Positions 19,109-29,709 of a DNA stretch of 64,000 bases are shown here, one piece after another; the stretch's first letter is position 1; each line of letters opens with the position of its first letter. A model generated the notes under the pieces. It had not been told where the DNA came from. It did not search any database and worked only from the letters and a program-made list of their open reading frames with translations. Position numbers and translations under genes: made by a program. The DNA comes from an uncultured virus (IMG/VR IMGVR_UViG_3300042868_008818) (lineage: Duplodnaviria > Heunggongvirae > Uroviricota > Caudoviricetes). The stretch spans positions 1-64,000 of the IMG/VR virus record IMGVR_UViG_3300042868_008818; one strand, 5' to 3'.

Positions 19109-19454
19109 TAATATGTCCTTCTTTTAAGGTTATTGCAATAAGTTTATGTGTAAACACTTGCATCCAAACATAATCAGAATTATACTCTGTAGAACTCCAA
19201 TAATTGGTATTAATAAAATTACCTATAAGGTCCTTATTATCATACATTTTATCTAATTCATCTTTAGTTGGTAATCTCCAACCTTTACCTAATTCTTTAC
19301 ACTCCCTTTTAGCGTTATACCATGTTACCTCTGTTGGTAAATCATATTGTGCAATTTCTATACTATCAAGTTTATATGTTGTTCCTATTATCTGAGATAC
19401 AGATGTAAATGTATTAAAAAACAAAAGGATGGTTAATATTAGACTTGATTTCAT
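19080..19454 (-). CDS. Secreted DUF1566/Lcl C-type-lectin-like protein
   Basis: Signal peptide; GWRLPTKDEL, YWSSTE. Confidence 0.8.
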   Translation of the reverse strand: MKSSLILTILLFFNTFTSVSQIIGTTYKLDSIEIAQYDLPTEVTWYNAKRECKELGKGWRLPTKDELDKMYDNKDLIGNFINTNYWSSTEYNSDYVWMQVFTHKLIAITLKEGHINARAVKSIK

Positions 19455-19457
19455 TAT

Positions 19458-19712
19458 TTAATTGTTTGTCGTAACAGTTTTATCAATTTCTTTTAATAAA
19501 ACATCAATCATCTCATCAACTAAACTAACACCGTTTGACACCAACGCAACTTTATAATCATTAAGATTAATTTTACCCTTTGTTTTTTTATCACCATCTG
19601 TAATGGTAATTTTAATTTCAAAATCTTGTTTCGGTTTTGTTTTTTTATCTACCGGTGGTTTGTAACCAAATTCTTTCTCTTGTCTTATTTCGTTGAGCGT
19701 TCTTTTTTTCAT
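19458..19712 (-). CDS. Hypothetical protein
   Basis: ORF track; operon context. Confidence 0.65.
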   Translation of the reverse strand: MKKRTLNEIRQEKEFGYKPPVDKKTKPKQDFEIKITITDGDKKTKGKINLNDYKVALVSNGVSLVDEMIDVLLKEIDKTVTTNN

Positions 19713-19742
19713 TTTTAATTATTTATTTGTTTAATTTATTTG

Positions 19743-19982
19743 TTATTCAATACCATCTTCTAATTCTTTTTCCGCAAGAACACTACCTAAAAACTGTGTT
19801 TCATTTTCTAAGAAAACTATGTAATTGTTTAATAAATTAATAGAATCTTTTTTATTTTTAATTTGGGATTCAAGAGAGTCCGTTTGTTTTTTTAAAAATT
19901 GTGAGTAAGCATCACAATTAGATTTTGTTTTACACGAAGTTACAATAAGTAACAAACATATAATAGATAATAGTTTTTTCAT
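19743..19982 (-). CDS. Small lipoprotein
   Basis: MKKLLSIICLLLIVTSC lipobox. Confidence 0.7.
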   Translation of the reverse strand: MKKLLSIICLLLIVTSCKTKSNCDAYSQFLKKQTDSLESQIKNKKDSINLLNNYIVFLENETQFLGSVLAEKELEDGIE

Positions 19983-19983
19983 A

Positions 19984-21009
19984 TTATTTAATATTATTTT
20001 TTAATTGACTTATAACTTTATTCATATATCCCTCAAGAAGAAAAAGTTTTCTTCTAATACCAATATTATCCATATCAGCTAATAACCTCAAATAGTCGTT
20101 TAGTTCTTCAAGTTGTGTTTGTGGTTCAACTTCCTTTTGGATTTCCATATCAGGAAATGTATTTTTAAGTGCGTTCTGTTGTCTGATTGGCATATCACCA
20201 TCTGATAATTGTGGATCATCCCACGATGTGTCTCTTTCCATAGTTTTTTCTTTTATAAAGTTTTCTATCTCTTCTGTTGTTGCGGTAGCAATACCACCAT
20301 TGTCCGTAAATCTTTTAATAAATTCATCTTTTAGGTGTTTTGGTATTGGTTTACTTTTTAATGTTAAACTAAGTTGATTTGGTGTTTGATCTAACGTTTT
20401 TTCCATATAATACGCCATATAACTATTAGGTTCCATAGGTGTTCCTGTTAAATATGGTGGTTGTTTTCTATCAACATTTTTAGTTTTAAAAACACCTCTT
20501 ACCATTATACCTCTCTCACCTTTTACTTTATATTCTTCAGGATTGTCCAATACGTCATCTAATAACTTGTGAATATCATTTCTCAATGTTAATTCATCAT
20601 TAGCTCCTGATACATCTTGAACCATTTCAGGCGAAAAAGTTAATACAATTTTTTTTGTTGGTTCAAATGTTATTGGATTATATAATGCTGGTGTGATTAA
20701 TGCACCATTCTTAGCCGGTGTATGTAATGAGTTTGGGTCAAACATTTCAGGAGTAAAACTTAAATTATATAAGAAAACTTTCCCATCAAATTTTGTATTA
20801 TCCCCAAGTTTCATTGTTTGTGCGGAATATGATTTCCCTTCAATTAATTGAACTGGGAATTCCATAAATTCAATTCCCTCACATTCAGAAAATTCATCAC
20901 ATTTTAATAGTTCTTCTTTTAGTGGTTCCAATTCTAATTTTCTAAATTGATCGTTTGGATAAGATACATTTTCACCAAATGTGTTAGTTAGTAATTCTTT
21001 TAGTTTCAT
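19984..21009 (-). CDS. Hypothetical protein
   Basis: 341 aa ORF. Confidence 0.75.
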   Translation of the reverse strand: MKLKELLTNTFGENVSYPNDQFRKLELEPLKEELLKCDEFSECEGIEFMEFPVQLIEGKSYSAQTMKLGDNTKFDGKVFLYNLSFTPEMFDPNSLHTPAKNGALITPALYNPITFEPTKKIVLTFSPEMVQDVSGANDELTLRNDIHKLLDDVLDNPEEYKVKGERGIMVRGVFKTKNVDRKQPPYLTGTPMEPNSYMAYYMEKTLDQTPNQLSLTLKSKPIPKHLKDEFIKRFTDNGGIATATTEEIENFIKEKTMERDTSWDDPQLSDGDMPIRQQNALKNTFPDMEIQKEVEPQTQLEELNDYLRLLADMDNIGIRRKLFLLEGYMNKVISQLKNNIK

Positions 21010-21244
21010 AATTTAATCCCCATTTTTCACTTATTTCGGTGAATTTATCGTTTATTATTTCTTCTTTAATTCCATTTAAATATGAGAAATCATTCTCAAA
21101 TTGTAAACCGTGTTCCTTGTTTGCATCCATAATTTTTTGTCTAAGAATGGAAAGTTCGTTTGAGGTAAAGAATTCCGTACCATAGTCAACAATTCTAACC
21201 TCCACAAGAATATTACCATCAAAGGTTTTTATTTGGTGTATCAT
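20984..21244 (-). CDS. Hypothetical protein
   Basis: ORF track. Confidence 0.6.
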   Translation of the reverse strand: MIHQIKTFDGNILVEVRIVDYGTEFFTSNELSILRQKIMDANKEHGLQFENDFSYLNGIKEEIINDKFTEISEKWGLNYETKRITN

Positions 21245-21249
21245 AATTT

Positions 21250-22074
21250 TTAATTTATTCTTTTTAATATATCACTAAGTCTTGAGTACATTTCAACTGC
21301 CACAGGTACGGATAATAAAGATATTAAAAAATTATTAACATATGAATAAACCGTAACAACACTACCTATTGTAATATTTTTAGTGGTAGTAACAAGTAAA
21401 ATAACAGATAAAAATAAAAATATATTTTTAATGAATCCAACCAAAAACCAATTCTTACCTTGTAATGTTGATTCAAAAATTTCTAATTTTCTTTTTCTAT
21501 TAAAAAACGAAACAGATTGTTCATACCCCAATTGTATTGCACCATTCTTTTTTTCATATTGATTATTTTTAATCTTAATTGCCTGTTTAATTTTTTTATA
21601 ATAAACCGATACACCAAGTAATATTAGAACAAAAGACAAAGTCACCAGTAAACCAACCCTCCAATTTTCCGAATAAATAAACCCTATAGATCCAACTATT
21701 GTTACTATTGTTGCAATATAATAATGTACATATCCTTCTAACACATCAACAATTTGATGAGCCATATCCGTTCTTGCCATTTTTGTTGACACATCGTCAT
21801 TGTTATTTTTTAAAAACCTAAAGACAATAGTATTGTAAATTCTTGTATAAACTTTTGTATCATAAACCATCCTTTTATAGTTAAAAAAATTAGATGTAAA
21901 ATATGATATCCCAAGAAATATTAACCAAAACCATGTACCATCTATTAACCCGTCAATACTTTTTCCAAGTAAAAAAGGAGTTGCTAAATTTGACAATTCC
22001 GTTACTAACATAAAAAAATATATCCAAGTCAACTCAATTTTGAACTGTTTAAATATTTCAATAATTTTTTTCAT
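21250..22074 (-). CDS. ABC exporter-like transmembrane domain protein (no ATPase domain)
   Basis: About six hydrophobic segments; PFLLGKSIDGL; ITIGSVVTVYSYV. Confidence 0.7.
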   Translation of the reverse strand: MKKIIEIFKQFKIELTWIYFFMLVTELSNLATPFLLGKSIDGLIDGTWFWLIFLGISYFTSNFFNYKRMVYDTKVYTRIYNTIVFRFLKNNNDDVSTKMARTDMAHQIVDVLEGYVHYYIATIVTIVGSIGFIYSENWRVGLLVTLSFVLILLGVSVYYKKIKQAIKIKNNQYEKKNGAIQLGYEQSVSFFNRKRKLEIFESTLQGKNWFLVGFIKNIFLFLSVILLVTTTKNITIGSVVTVYSYVNNFLISLLSVPVAVEMYSRLSDILKRIN

Positions 22075-22077
22075 CTA

Positions 22078-23373
22078 CTAATTAGAAAGTGGTGCTTTAA
22101 TATGTGGGTGTGATTGGTAGTTACTTAATTGGATGTCATCTTCTAATAAACATTTACAAAAATTATCATCTTTAAATGATTCAAATACCTTAACGGCATC
22201 TATAGATCCTACACCGCACTCACCTGATTCAGTTGGCCAAAACTCAGTGTTGATGTTTAGGATTGGTAGTGTATATGGTTCTCTTGTTCGGGTTGGTACA
22301 TTCCATTGATCAATTTCAGAATGTGATAATGTGCTACTGTCTCCACCATTATAGATTTGATTAAACATTTCTTGAGTAACCATTTCTCTTCTTTCATCTA
22401 AATCTAGTTTTCTGCCAATCTGTTCTTTTGCTTGTTCAATATGATTCAAATACAAATGTGTATCACCCAAATTACCAATCAATTCATCAGGAACCATATT
22501 AACTGACTTTGCAATGATTTCTAGTAGTAATCCGTAAGACGCAATATTGAATGGCAAACCTAAAAAAGTGTCGCCGGATCTTTGCAACCACATTAAAGAG
22601 ATTGCTCTGGTTGGGATATTAAATTTGTCACATTCTTTATGAACCTCATTATCTAAATCTATACTAACATTACTTTTTATAAAATCAAACAATTCATTTG
22701 AATCCAATAAATTAATTTGTTTAGTGTTTTTATACGTGATTCTTTCACTAGCACTCAACTCTCTTGTATAAACTTGAAATCCATAATGACAGGGTGGTAG
22801 AGTCATTTTGTCAATTTCTGCAACATTCCATGCGTTAACCATTAATCGTCTTGAATCTGGATTTGTTTTAAGGTCGTGGATTAGGTTCGCAATTTGGTCA
22901 TTCTTAGGGACTTCTTTATAATGGGTTACAGAACCATGATTCCAACCAGAAGGGACTTTTTTATAACCACCCCAACTTCTCCATTGCTTACCGTAGATTA
23001 GTCCCATATCAAACATTGAATCGTGGAAAGAATGATTACCGTCTTTTACTTTCTGTTTAACCTCTTCAAGTGTATATGGTTCAGAACAAGTTGTTTTATA
23101 CTTTTTGTGCCAGTCCCCATCCCAAATAGAACAATTATTTTCCCATAAAAACCTAATATCTGAATCACCCCTTAAAAACCATAACAACTCTGTTACCATT
23201 GTCTTCCAAGCCATCTTCTTTGTTGTAAGTAAAGGAAATCCTTCTGACATCTTGTGTCTAATCTGTCTTCCAAATACAGATAGTGTTCCTGTACCAGTAC
23301 GATCCATTTTTGTAACCCCATTATCTAAAATGTCCTGGAGTAAATCTGTGTATTGTTTATCTAAATTATTCAT
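22078..23373 (-). CDS. thyA: Thymidylate synthase with insertions
   Basis: DRTGTGT, ELLWFLRG, YGKQWR, PDSRR, LPPCH, QRSGD, PFNIASY, GDTHLYLNH. Confidence 0.97.
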   Translation of the reverse strand: MNNLDKQYTDLLQDILDNGVTKMDRTGTGTLSVFGRQIRHKMSEGFPLLTTKKMAWKTMVTELLWFLRGDSDIRFLWENNCSIWDGDWHKKYKTTCSEPYTLEEVKQKVKDGNHSFHDSMFDMGLIYGKQWRSWGGYKKVPSGWNHGSVTHYKEVPKNDQIANLIHDLKTNPDSRRLMVNAWNVAEIDKMTLPPCHYGFQVYTRELSASERITYKNTKQINLLDSNELFDFIKSNVSIDLDNEVHKECDKFNIPTRAISLMWLQRSGDTFLGLPFNIASYGLLLEIIAKSVNMVPDELIGNLGDTHLYLNHIEQAKEQIGRKLDLDERREMVTQEMFNQIYNGGDSSTLSHSEIDQWNVPTRTREPYTLPILNINTEFWPTESGECGVGSIDAVKVFESFKDDNFCKCLLEDDIQLSNYQSHPHIKAPLSN

Positions 23374-23680
23374 AATGTTCTAATTGATTTTCGTTGAAGA
23401 TGTGTAATAATCCGTATTCGTCCATTTCACCAATCACCCGGACTTCACCAGCAATTGTTTCAAATACACCTACGATTGTGCAAGGAAATTTATAACCTTT
23501 TGGTTTGTGAGCCTTGTCTCCCACTTTAAATTTTGTTTCCGTTTGATTAATGATACCTTTGAGTCGTTTAATTTCCTCAATTACATCATCACCCAATTCA
23601 ATCTTGGACATCATTGTTAGATCAATTACTTGACCATATAACACATTAATTAACTCGTCTTTTGATTGTTCTTTATTCAT
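23366..23680 (-). CDS. Protein with C-terminal SH3-like domain resembling type II (DfrB/R67) dihydrofolate reductase
   Basis: FKVGDKAHKPKGYKFPCTIVGVFET...LLHIFNENQLE; overlaps the thyA start. Confidence 0.45.
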   Translation of the reverse strand: MNKEQSKDELINVLYGQVIDLTMMSKIELGDDVIEEIKRLKGIINQTETKFKVGDKAHKPKGYKFPCTIVGVFETIAGEVRVIGEMDEYGLLHIFNENQLEHYE

Positions 23681-23925
23681 CTTTGTTTTTATTTAATCTC
23701 CTTTCAATTATAGATTCAAGTTCTACAGTTATTTCATTTTCAATATCACCACTTAAATTATTCCACCAATCATCAAATCCGTCGTTTCTAACATATAATG
23801 TATCTAAAATTTCTAAAACACATTTTTTGATTTCTCGTTTACTCATCTTTGTTTTGATTTAATTTTCATCCAAACTATTTCTGGATAATTCCGTAACCAC
23901 CAAAAAAATATATAAACTTTTTTCA

Positions 23926-24210
23926 TCAGTCAATTGTTTTATAAGTTGTTGATTTAACTTCGTTATCTTTCTCCACCTGATGTTTATTTTTATAACTCTC
24001 AATAACTTTCAATGCGTCTTCCTCATTACCATATTTAGCAGTAATTGTAGTTGATATACCAAAGGCTACCCCAATCTTATGGATATTATACCAGACAAGT
24101 TCTTGTGTTTGTTTGAACAATCTTTTTTTAATTTCTAATTTACAAACTTGTGGTATATAAAGTTTTTGTCCGTTGTTACGTTCTTCAATTTTAATTCTAT
24201 AGTAAGACAT
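23926..24210 (-). CDS. Hypothetical protein
   Basis: ORF track. Confidence 0.65.
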   Translation of the reverse strand: MSYYRIKIEERNNGQKLYIPQVCKLEIKKRLFKQTQELVWYNIHKIGVAFGISTTITAKYGNEEDALKVIESYKNKHQVEKDNEVKSTTYKTID

Positions 24211-24532
24211 AACTTATTGTTTTTCAATATCAATTTCTTTTTTAACCTTTGGTTTACGTCCTCGTTTTTTTACTGGTTCGTCATTAACCTCATCTTCAAT
24301 AACAATCGTTACCGGTTCAGGAAAAAACATATTCATCCCGACTCCTAAATTCACTTCAATTTTTTTCATTTCCATATTTTTTTCTTAAGTATTCTGCCCA
24401 CGCAGCTTGTTTCCTACCATTAACGAAGAACCACCCAAAGTTCATCTCAAACCATTTTACAATTTTTCTCATATTATTATTTATTTATTTAAGTCATTGA
24501 TCAATTAAATAATGTGTATTCTAATCTAACTT

Positions 24533-24715
24533 TCATTTATTTTTATTTATGTAATCCATTATTTCTTCTTCAGTTTTTCCTTCATTAAATAACTTATAAA
24601 CTTCCCTTGAGAATTCGTCAGTCAGATAAACCGCATCTGAGTCCAAATATTTCATAATATTGTCAACGTTTAACAATATTCCTTCTTTTCTTAAAAATCT
24701 TTTATTAAAACCCAT
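24533..24715 (-). CDS. Hypothetical protein
   Basis: ORF track, 60 aa. Confidence 0.65.
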   Translation of the reverse strand: MGFNKRFLRKEGILLNVDNIMKYLDSDAVYLTDEFSREVYKLFNEGKTEEEIMDYINKNK

Positions 24716-24754
24716 TTGGTAAAAAATAACAATAATTTAAATTAAATTCAATTA

Positions 24755-26023
24755 TTAAGAAAATATTTTCTTAGATTGTTTTTGTCTGTGGAATTTAATG
24801 GCAAATCTGTGTACTTCTTCTTGTATTTTACCAAAAAGTGTAAAGTTCTTATGATCCTTTATATTAAATTCCGTACCGTCTATCTTATGAATAACTGAAG
24901 ACTTATGATTAGAGTCCTTAGATATTGAAATTAAGTCTATCTTATCAGTTAAATTAAGTTTTTCAAATACTCTTTTTGCAACACCTAATTGTCCTTTACC
25001 TCCATCAATTAAAATAAGATCAGGTAGTTTTTGTTTTTCATCAATAAGTCTTTTTAATCTTCTTTGTAAGACCTCATCAAAAGATGCGTAGTCATCAATA
25101 CCAACAAAACTTTTAATATTGTACTTACGATACTCAGATTTTAATGGTACCCCATCATCAAACCTAACTGAAGCCGCAACATTAGAATCTCCTTGGTTAT
25201 GTGAATTATCAAAAGCCTCAATAACCTGTGGTATATTTTTCAGATTTAAAATATCCTTTATTTCAAAGATATTTTTTTTGCGTTTCTGAATTCTTATTAC
25301 CTCTAACTTATTATCAATTGTTTCCAATACTGTAAGTTTTGATAATATAGTCTGAGCTTTTTCATATTCCGTATTATTTGAATAATGTTTCATTAATTTT
25401 TTTATCTTTGACTTTAGTCCATCCAAATCAAGAGAAAGAACTTTTTTAACGTCACGAACTATTTCATTATAGTAAAACTTTTTAATACCATTTACGCAAG
25501 GGGCATTACATCTACCAAGATGAAATTCTAAACAATTTTTAAATTTTTCTTTTAGAATATTTTCTTCTGTAAGATCGTAAGAACAACTACGAAGTTCAAA
25601 GATATCATGAATAAGATCATATACTTCACGACACAACATTCCTGAAGTAAAATCAAGACTTACTCTATCGTCTTGTTTATCTCTTACTATTTCAAGTTTA
25701 GGAAATTCTTCGTCCGTAAAACATAAGGACCATTTTCTGGTCTTATCATCTTTACCCTTGATATTAAACTTTGGTTTGTATAGTTTAATTAATTCTTCTT
25801 CAAGGATTATTGCCTCTTGTTCTGATGAGGTAATTTTAAACTCAACATCGTGAATGTTCTCAACAAGGGTTTTTGTTTTACCAGTTTGATTTTTTTGGAA
25901 ATATGAAGAGACTCTTTTTGGTAAGAACTTTGACATACCAACATAAATTATTTGCCCTTTGTTGTTTTTAAACAAATAGCAACCTGAATTTTTTGGTATG
26001 TCCTTAAGTCTTTCTAAAATCAT
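24755..26023 (-). CDS. uvrC: UvrC excinuclease (GIY-YIG + Cys-rich + RNase H-like; no C-terminal HhH)
   Basis: GCYLFKN...IIYVG, KPKFN, C..PC, EAFDNSH, DDYAS, PDLILIDGGKGQL, EVHRFAI. Start MILER, 4 nt after TATCTTTG. Confidence 0.93.
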   Translation of the reverse strand: MILERLKDIPKNSGCYLFKNNKGQIIYVGMSKFLPKRVSSYFQKNQTGKTKTLVENIHDVEFKITSSEQEAIILEEELIKLYKPKFNIKGKDDKTRKWSLCFTDEEFPKLEIVRDKQDDRVSLDFTSGMLCREVYDLIHDIFELRSCSYDLTEENILKEKFKNCLEFHLGRCNAPCVNGIKKFYYNEIVRDVKKVLSLDLDGLKSKIKKLMKHYSNNTEYEKAQTILSKLTVLETIDNKLEVIRIQKRKKNIFEIKDILNLKNIPQVIEAFDNSHNQGDSNVAASVRFDDGVPLKSEYRKYNIKSFVGIDDYASFDEVLQRRLKRLIDEKQKLPDLILIDGGKGQLGVAKRVFEKLNLTDKIDLISISKDSNHKSSVIHKIDGTEFNIKDHKNFTLFGKIQEEVHRFAIKFHRQKQSKKIFS

Positions 26024-26044
26024 ATCACAAAGATACAATTTTTT

Positions 26045-26290
26045 TTAGATACTATCAAATAATTTTTCGGGATCTGTGTACATAGTTCCACATTGGGTAC
26101 AAACTAAAATGTCCAAAGGTTTTACTTTATTTCCGTCAATTCTTCTTAGACTTTGGATTTTTATTTTATTGTTTTCCCCACAAGAAGGGCAATTCATTAG
26201 ATCAATCTTTGATACTTCTTCTTGCTCGTTTTCTTGAGTCTCTTGGTTTAATTCTTCATTTTGATTTTCAGGGGTAGTGTTTTCTTCCAT
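26045..26290 (-). CDS. Zinc-ribbon protein
   Basis: CPSCG...CTQCG. Confidence 0.7.
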   Translation of the reverse strand: MEENTTPENQNEELNQETQENEQEEVSKIDLMNCPSCGENNKIKIQSLRRIDGNKVKPLDILVCTQCGTMYTDPEKLFDSI

Positions 26291-26293
26291 TTT

Positions 26294-27391
26294 TTAGTTA
26301 TTAAAGGTATTATTTATTTCCACAAGTTCTTTACGTTTTAAAGTAATCTTATAGTTTAAATCAACAATATAAGGTAAGGATATCATATCATCATAATCAC
26401 ACTTACTCATTTGTGTTTTGAAATTTTTTATTAGTTTTTCACAAGTAGTTATTTGATCCCAAGTATTACAGGACTTAATAACCTTTTCTATCCATTTTTT
26501 TGTTTTACTAAAATCTGTCATTTATTAATAATTTATAAATACACAATTCTCTAATTCATAAAGGTGATTTCTTCCTCTTGTCGATCTTACATATAAATTT
26601 ACTATATGTCCACATATTTCAAACTTTTTACGTTCTTCACCTTCTTTAACAGGTTTTAATGATTCCTTAAAATTGGCATGAATTCCCATTATTGTTTCAA
26701 CATTTTTAACCTTGTCGGTCCAATTGGATAACCCGTACTTACCGTCATATCTAAACTCTTTACCAATGAGTGATGACAAATCAAAACAATAGTTATCATC
26801 CTTGTTATCGGATATTAATGGATTTTTTTTACCTGTTAATTCCTCATAGTACGGATTTAACTCACCAGTATATGGATCATGTGTAGGTATTTCTGTTTTC
26901 ATTATTTATAAAGATTATATAAACTATTTGCAATTAACTTTAATTCTCTTTCAAGTTGTGCAATTTTTTTTCTATCTTCTTCTAAAGTGGTTTCAGTACT
27001 AGCTGCTCTTATTTCAGAAACCTCATTTAATATAAGTCTATGGGTATTCATTAATTTACCCTGTAATATTTTTTTATCTTCACTCATGTTTTTTATTTAT
27101 TTTTTATCATTTAACTATAGCCAGTGTGAGTTGATTTATTAAACCTTGAACCTGTCCGAAACTATCGAATCGAACCAATGGATCCGTATTAAAAAACTCA
27201 ACATACCAATTCCCTTCTTTTATTTCCTCGTTAGTTGGTGTAATGAATGTCAACCCATCAACAATGTCCAACACGTAGTAATAAGAGTCATCTTCATCGT
27301 GCTCTTCTATTAGTTCACTTTTAAATCCTAAAAGGATTAGTTCTTTTTCTGTCATATTATTTAGTTTCAATAATTGTATATGTTCCTTCAA
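26294..27391 (-). CDS. Run of four small hypothetical genes (26294-26521, 26525-26902, 26902-27087, 27107-27391)
   Basis: ORF track; tightly packed, same strand. Confidence 0.65.
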
Positions 27392-27620
27392 TTACTCCCC
27401 AAGAAGATTCTTCGTGAAATTTATAAATCTGACAAGAATCTTGTGGTGACATTTCTCTTGTCAAATACCAAACTTGGGTTTCCTTCCAAGTAACATTAAT
27501 TAATTTTTGTCCTTTTGGTAATGTAATTGTTCCGTCTCCGCCCCAACTTTTTACTCTTGAGTTCTCTGTACAAGATGTTACCATAACACCCAACATAATC
27601 GCTAAAAATACTTTTTTCAT
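27357..27620 (-). CDS. Small lipoprotein
   Basis: MKKVFLAIMLGVMVTSC. Confidence 0.75.
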   Translation of the reverse strand: MKKVFLAIMLGVMVTSCTENSRVKSWGGDGTITLPKGQKLINVTWKETQVWYLTREMSPQDSCQIYKFHEESSWGVIEGTYTIIETK

Positions 27621-27865
27621 TTTATTAGTTTTACTTTTGTTATTTCCCCTATTTTATTTTTTTTAACATTCATCTTTAAAGTATCATCAACACAGTATAA
27701 TCCTTCTTCCATAACCAAACAACTCCACTCACACGTATTGTGATCATAAAAATGAACGTGTAGAGTTTCTAAATATAATTCTTTATCATATGGAATGCTA
27801 ACCTCTTTCCAATTACCACAACTTGTTAGTAATATTAATACAAGTATATAAAAATACCTAATCAT
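27617..27865 (-). CDS. Small lipoprotein
   Basis: ILVLILLTSCG. Confidence 0.7.
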   Translation of the reverse strand: MIRYFYILVLILLTSCGNWKEVSIPYDKELYLETLHVHFYDHNTCEWSCLVMEEGLYCVDDTLKMNVKKNKIGEITKVKLIK

Positions 27866-28089
27866 TAGAAATTTTCTTTTAGAATATATGGTGGATAGAT
27901 TCTTACCTCAGATCCGTCACTATTAAAGTAATATACGGTATCGCCATCAAAACTAATTGTATCTGTATACCAAATAGCCGGATGAGGACCTTTATTGGTA
28001 ATAACACTACCTTTTATTTTATACCTATAATCGTTTCTTCCACAGGAAACTACGAGTAATACTATAAGAACACTAATTAACTTTTTCAT
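27865..28089 (-). CDS. Small lipoprotein
   Basis: MKKLISVLIVLLVVSCG. Confidence 0.75.
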   Translation of the reverse strand: MKKLISVLIVLLVVSCGRNDYRYKIKGSVITNKGPHPAIWYTDTISFDGDTVYYFNSDGSEVRIYPPYILKENF

Positions 28090-28928
28090 CTTTCATTATT
28101 TTATCTGTAAACATATTATTTTCAGGATCATGTTTCCCTAAGTTATATGTTGTAAATGTACCATTTTCAAAGTATATTCTCAACATTAGATAACCTAATT
28201 CAGAAACATAAATTTTATCAACCGTACCTAATCCTTTAATTGTTTCTATTAGAACCGGATCTTTCATATTATTCAACAATTATTTTTACTTTTTTGGTTG
28301 GTGCAAATGATACTCCCCAATCTTTTTTAACTTCGTCTTTACTTTCTTCTTCATCTATTTGACAAAACCATTGATTTTGTTCGATTATTACCATTTCTTG
28401 ATCTGTTATGTCAAGTTGTTCAGGTAAAGCGACAATTTTAAATGCCTTTGTTAGTGATAATTTTGAATCGATAATTAAGTTCAAGACTTGTTCGTTTTCA
28501 CATTTAACCACACTTGGGAATTCTCCTCCTACGGTAACAACCGCATTGTCCCCTACTTTTATTGGATCAGCAGAAACTAAATAAGTTTTTTGATCTATGT
28601 TGAATAATCTTACTGTTTTTTTCATTTATTTTTTATTATATACGTATTTATGGTTGTAGTTTCCGCATTGATTGCAAGATGTTCCTTCATCGGATTCCTC
28701 AACATTATATTCATATTCATCAGACAAATTAACAATAATTTCGGCAATCACAGTCCAATCATTCATCCCCATTCCACCTTTTAATTCGTGTAGTCTTGAG
28801 ATTAACTCATCTTGTATGTCCTCAACTACCTTTGGATCTCTATTGTCGTATTCGTGTATGAACAAAGATTCTCCATCAATTTCTACGTCAGGACCAAAAC
28901 AATTTTCCTTTAAAATAATTTCTTTCAT
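28073..28928 (-). CDS. Three small hypothetical genes (28073-28279, 28269-28625, 28626-28928)
   Basis: ORF track; coupled. Confidence 0.65.
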
Positions 28929-29305
28929 TTTTTAAAGTTTAATAAAATACCAACTTCTTGGTTTTTTGTTTCCGTTATCGGTCCCCATTCGCCTTTATAG
29001 GTAATACCTCTTACTGGTTTATTATCAATCCAAACATATTCTTCATCCTCTAAACATCTTGGTTTATCTGTAATCAAGTCATGAAACTTGAATCCGTGTC
29101 TCCATAACCAAGCAAGAGTGGTCCCTTTATCTTTATACTCTCTAGCGGTAAAAAAAACAATTTTGTTTCCTTCATCGTAAAGTTTATTTATCTCTTCCTT
29201 GGATCCTTCGTATGGTTTTGCAATTGAGTATAGATCGCTATCCTCGTTTTTTATGTCATCACATACCGTTCCGTCAATATCAATCAAATAAACTCTTTTT
29301 TTCAT
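28925..29305 (-). CDS. HAD-superfamily phosphatase
   Basis: LIDIDGT, FTAR, KP, WIDN. Confidence 0.85.
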   Translation of the reverse strand: MKKRVYLIDIDGTVCDDIKNEDSDLYSIAKPYEGSKEEINKLYDEGNKIVFFTAREYKDKGTTLAWLWRHGFKFHDLITDKPRCLEDEEYVWIDNKPVRGITYKGEWGPITETKNQEVGILLNFKK

Positions 29306-29616
29306 AAACTTAAATTATTCATAAAACTCATATCTAAAATATAATCTTTTAAATTTTTTACTAAAGATTCTGCATCACTTTTTTCATACATACCAGGGTA
29401 TCTTTCAGCAAGTTTGTTTGTTTCCTCCATATCACGACAACTATTTAATATATCCTGCAACATAGATTTTAACATATGTTCCTTACTATAATTGTCCTCA
29501 ATGTTTTTTTCAAACACCTTACCTTCAAGTTCTTGAGTATAATCAATTAACTCTTCAACAGGAGTTAGATCCATTAGATGTTCATTATTTTTGAATATTT
29601 GTCTTATATTTTTCAT
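29302..29616 (-). CDS. Hypothetical protein
   Basis: ORF track. Confidence 0.65.
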   Translation of the reverse strand: MKNIRQIFKNNEHLMDLTPVEELIDYTQELEGKVFEKNIEDNYSKEHMLKSMLQDILNSCRDMEETNKLAERYPGMYEKSDAESLVKNLKDYILDMSFMNNLSL

Positions 29617-29709
29617 TTAAAAAATTTTATAGTTCCCAAATACTTTTTTTTCTTTTTTTATTAGGGAATTTATAATAAAACCATAACATTAATTTTAATA
29701 TCTGTCTTT

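Noticed and set aside
19080..19454. DUF1566 gene as a diversity-generating retroelement target
   Set aside because: No reverse transcriptase or template repeat seen in the window.
22078..23373. Intron or intein in thyA
   Set aside because: Frame is continuous; the insertions are short and lack splicing or homing-endonuclease motifs.
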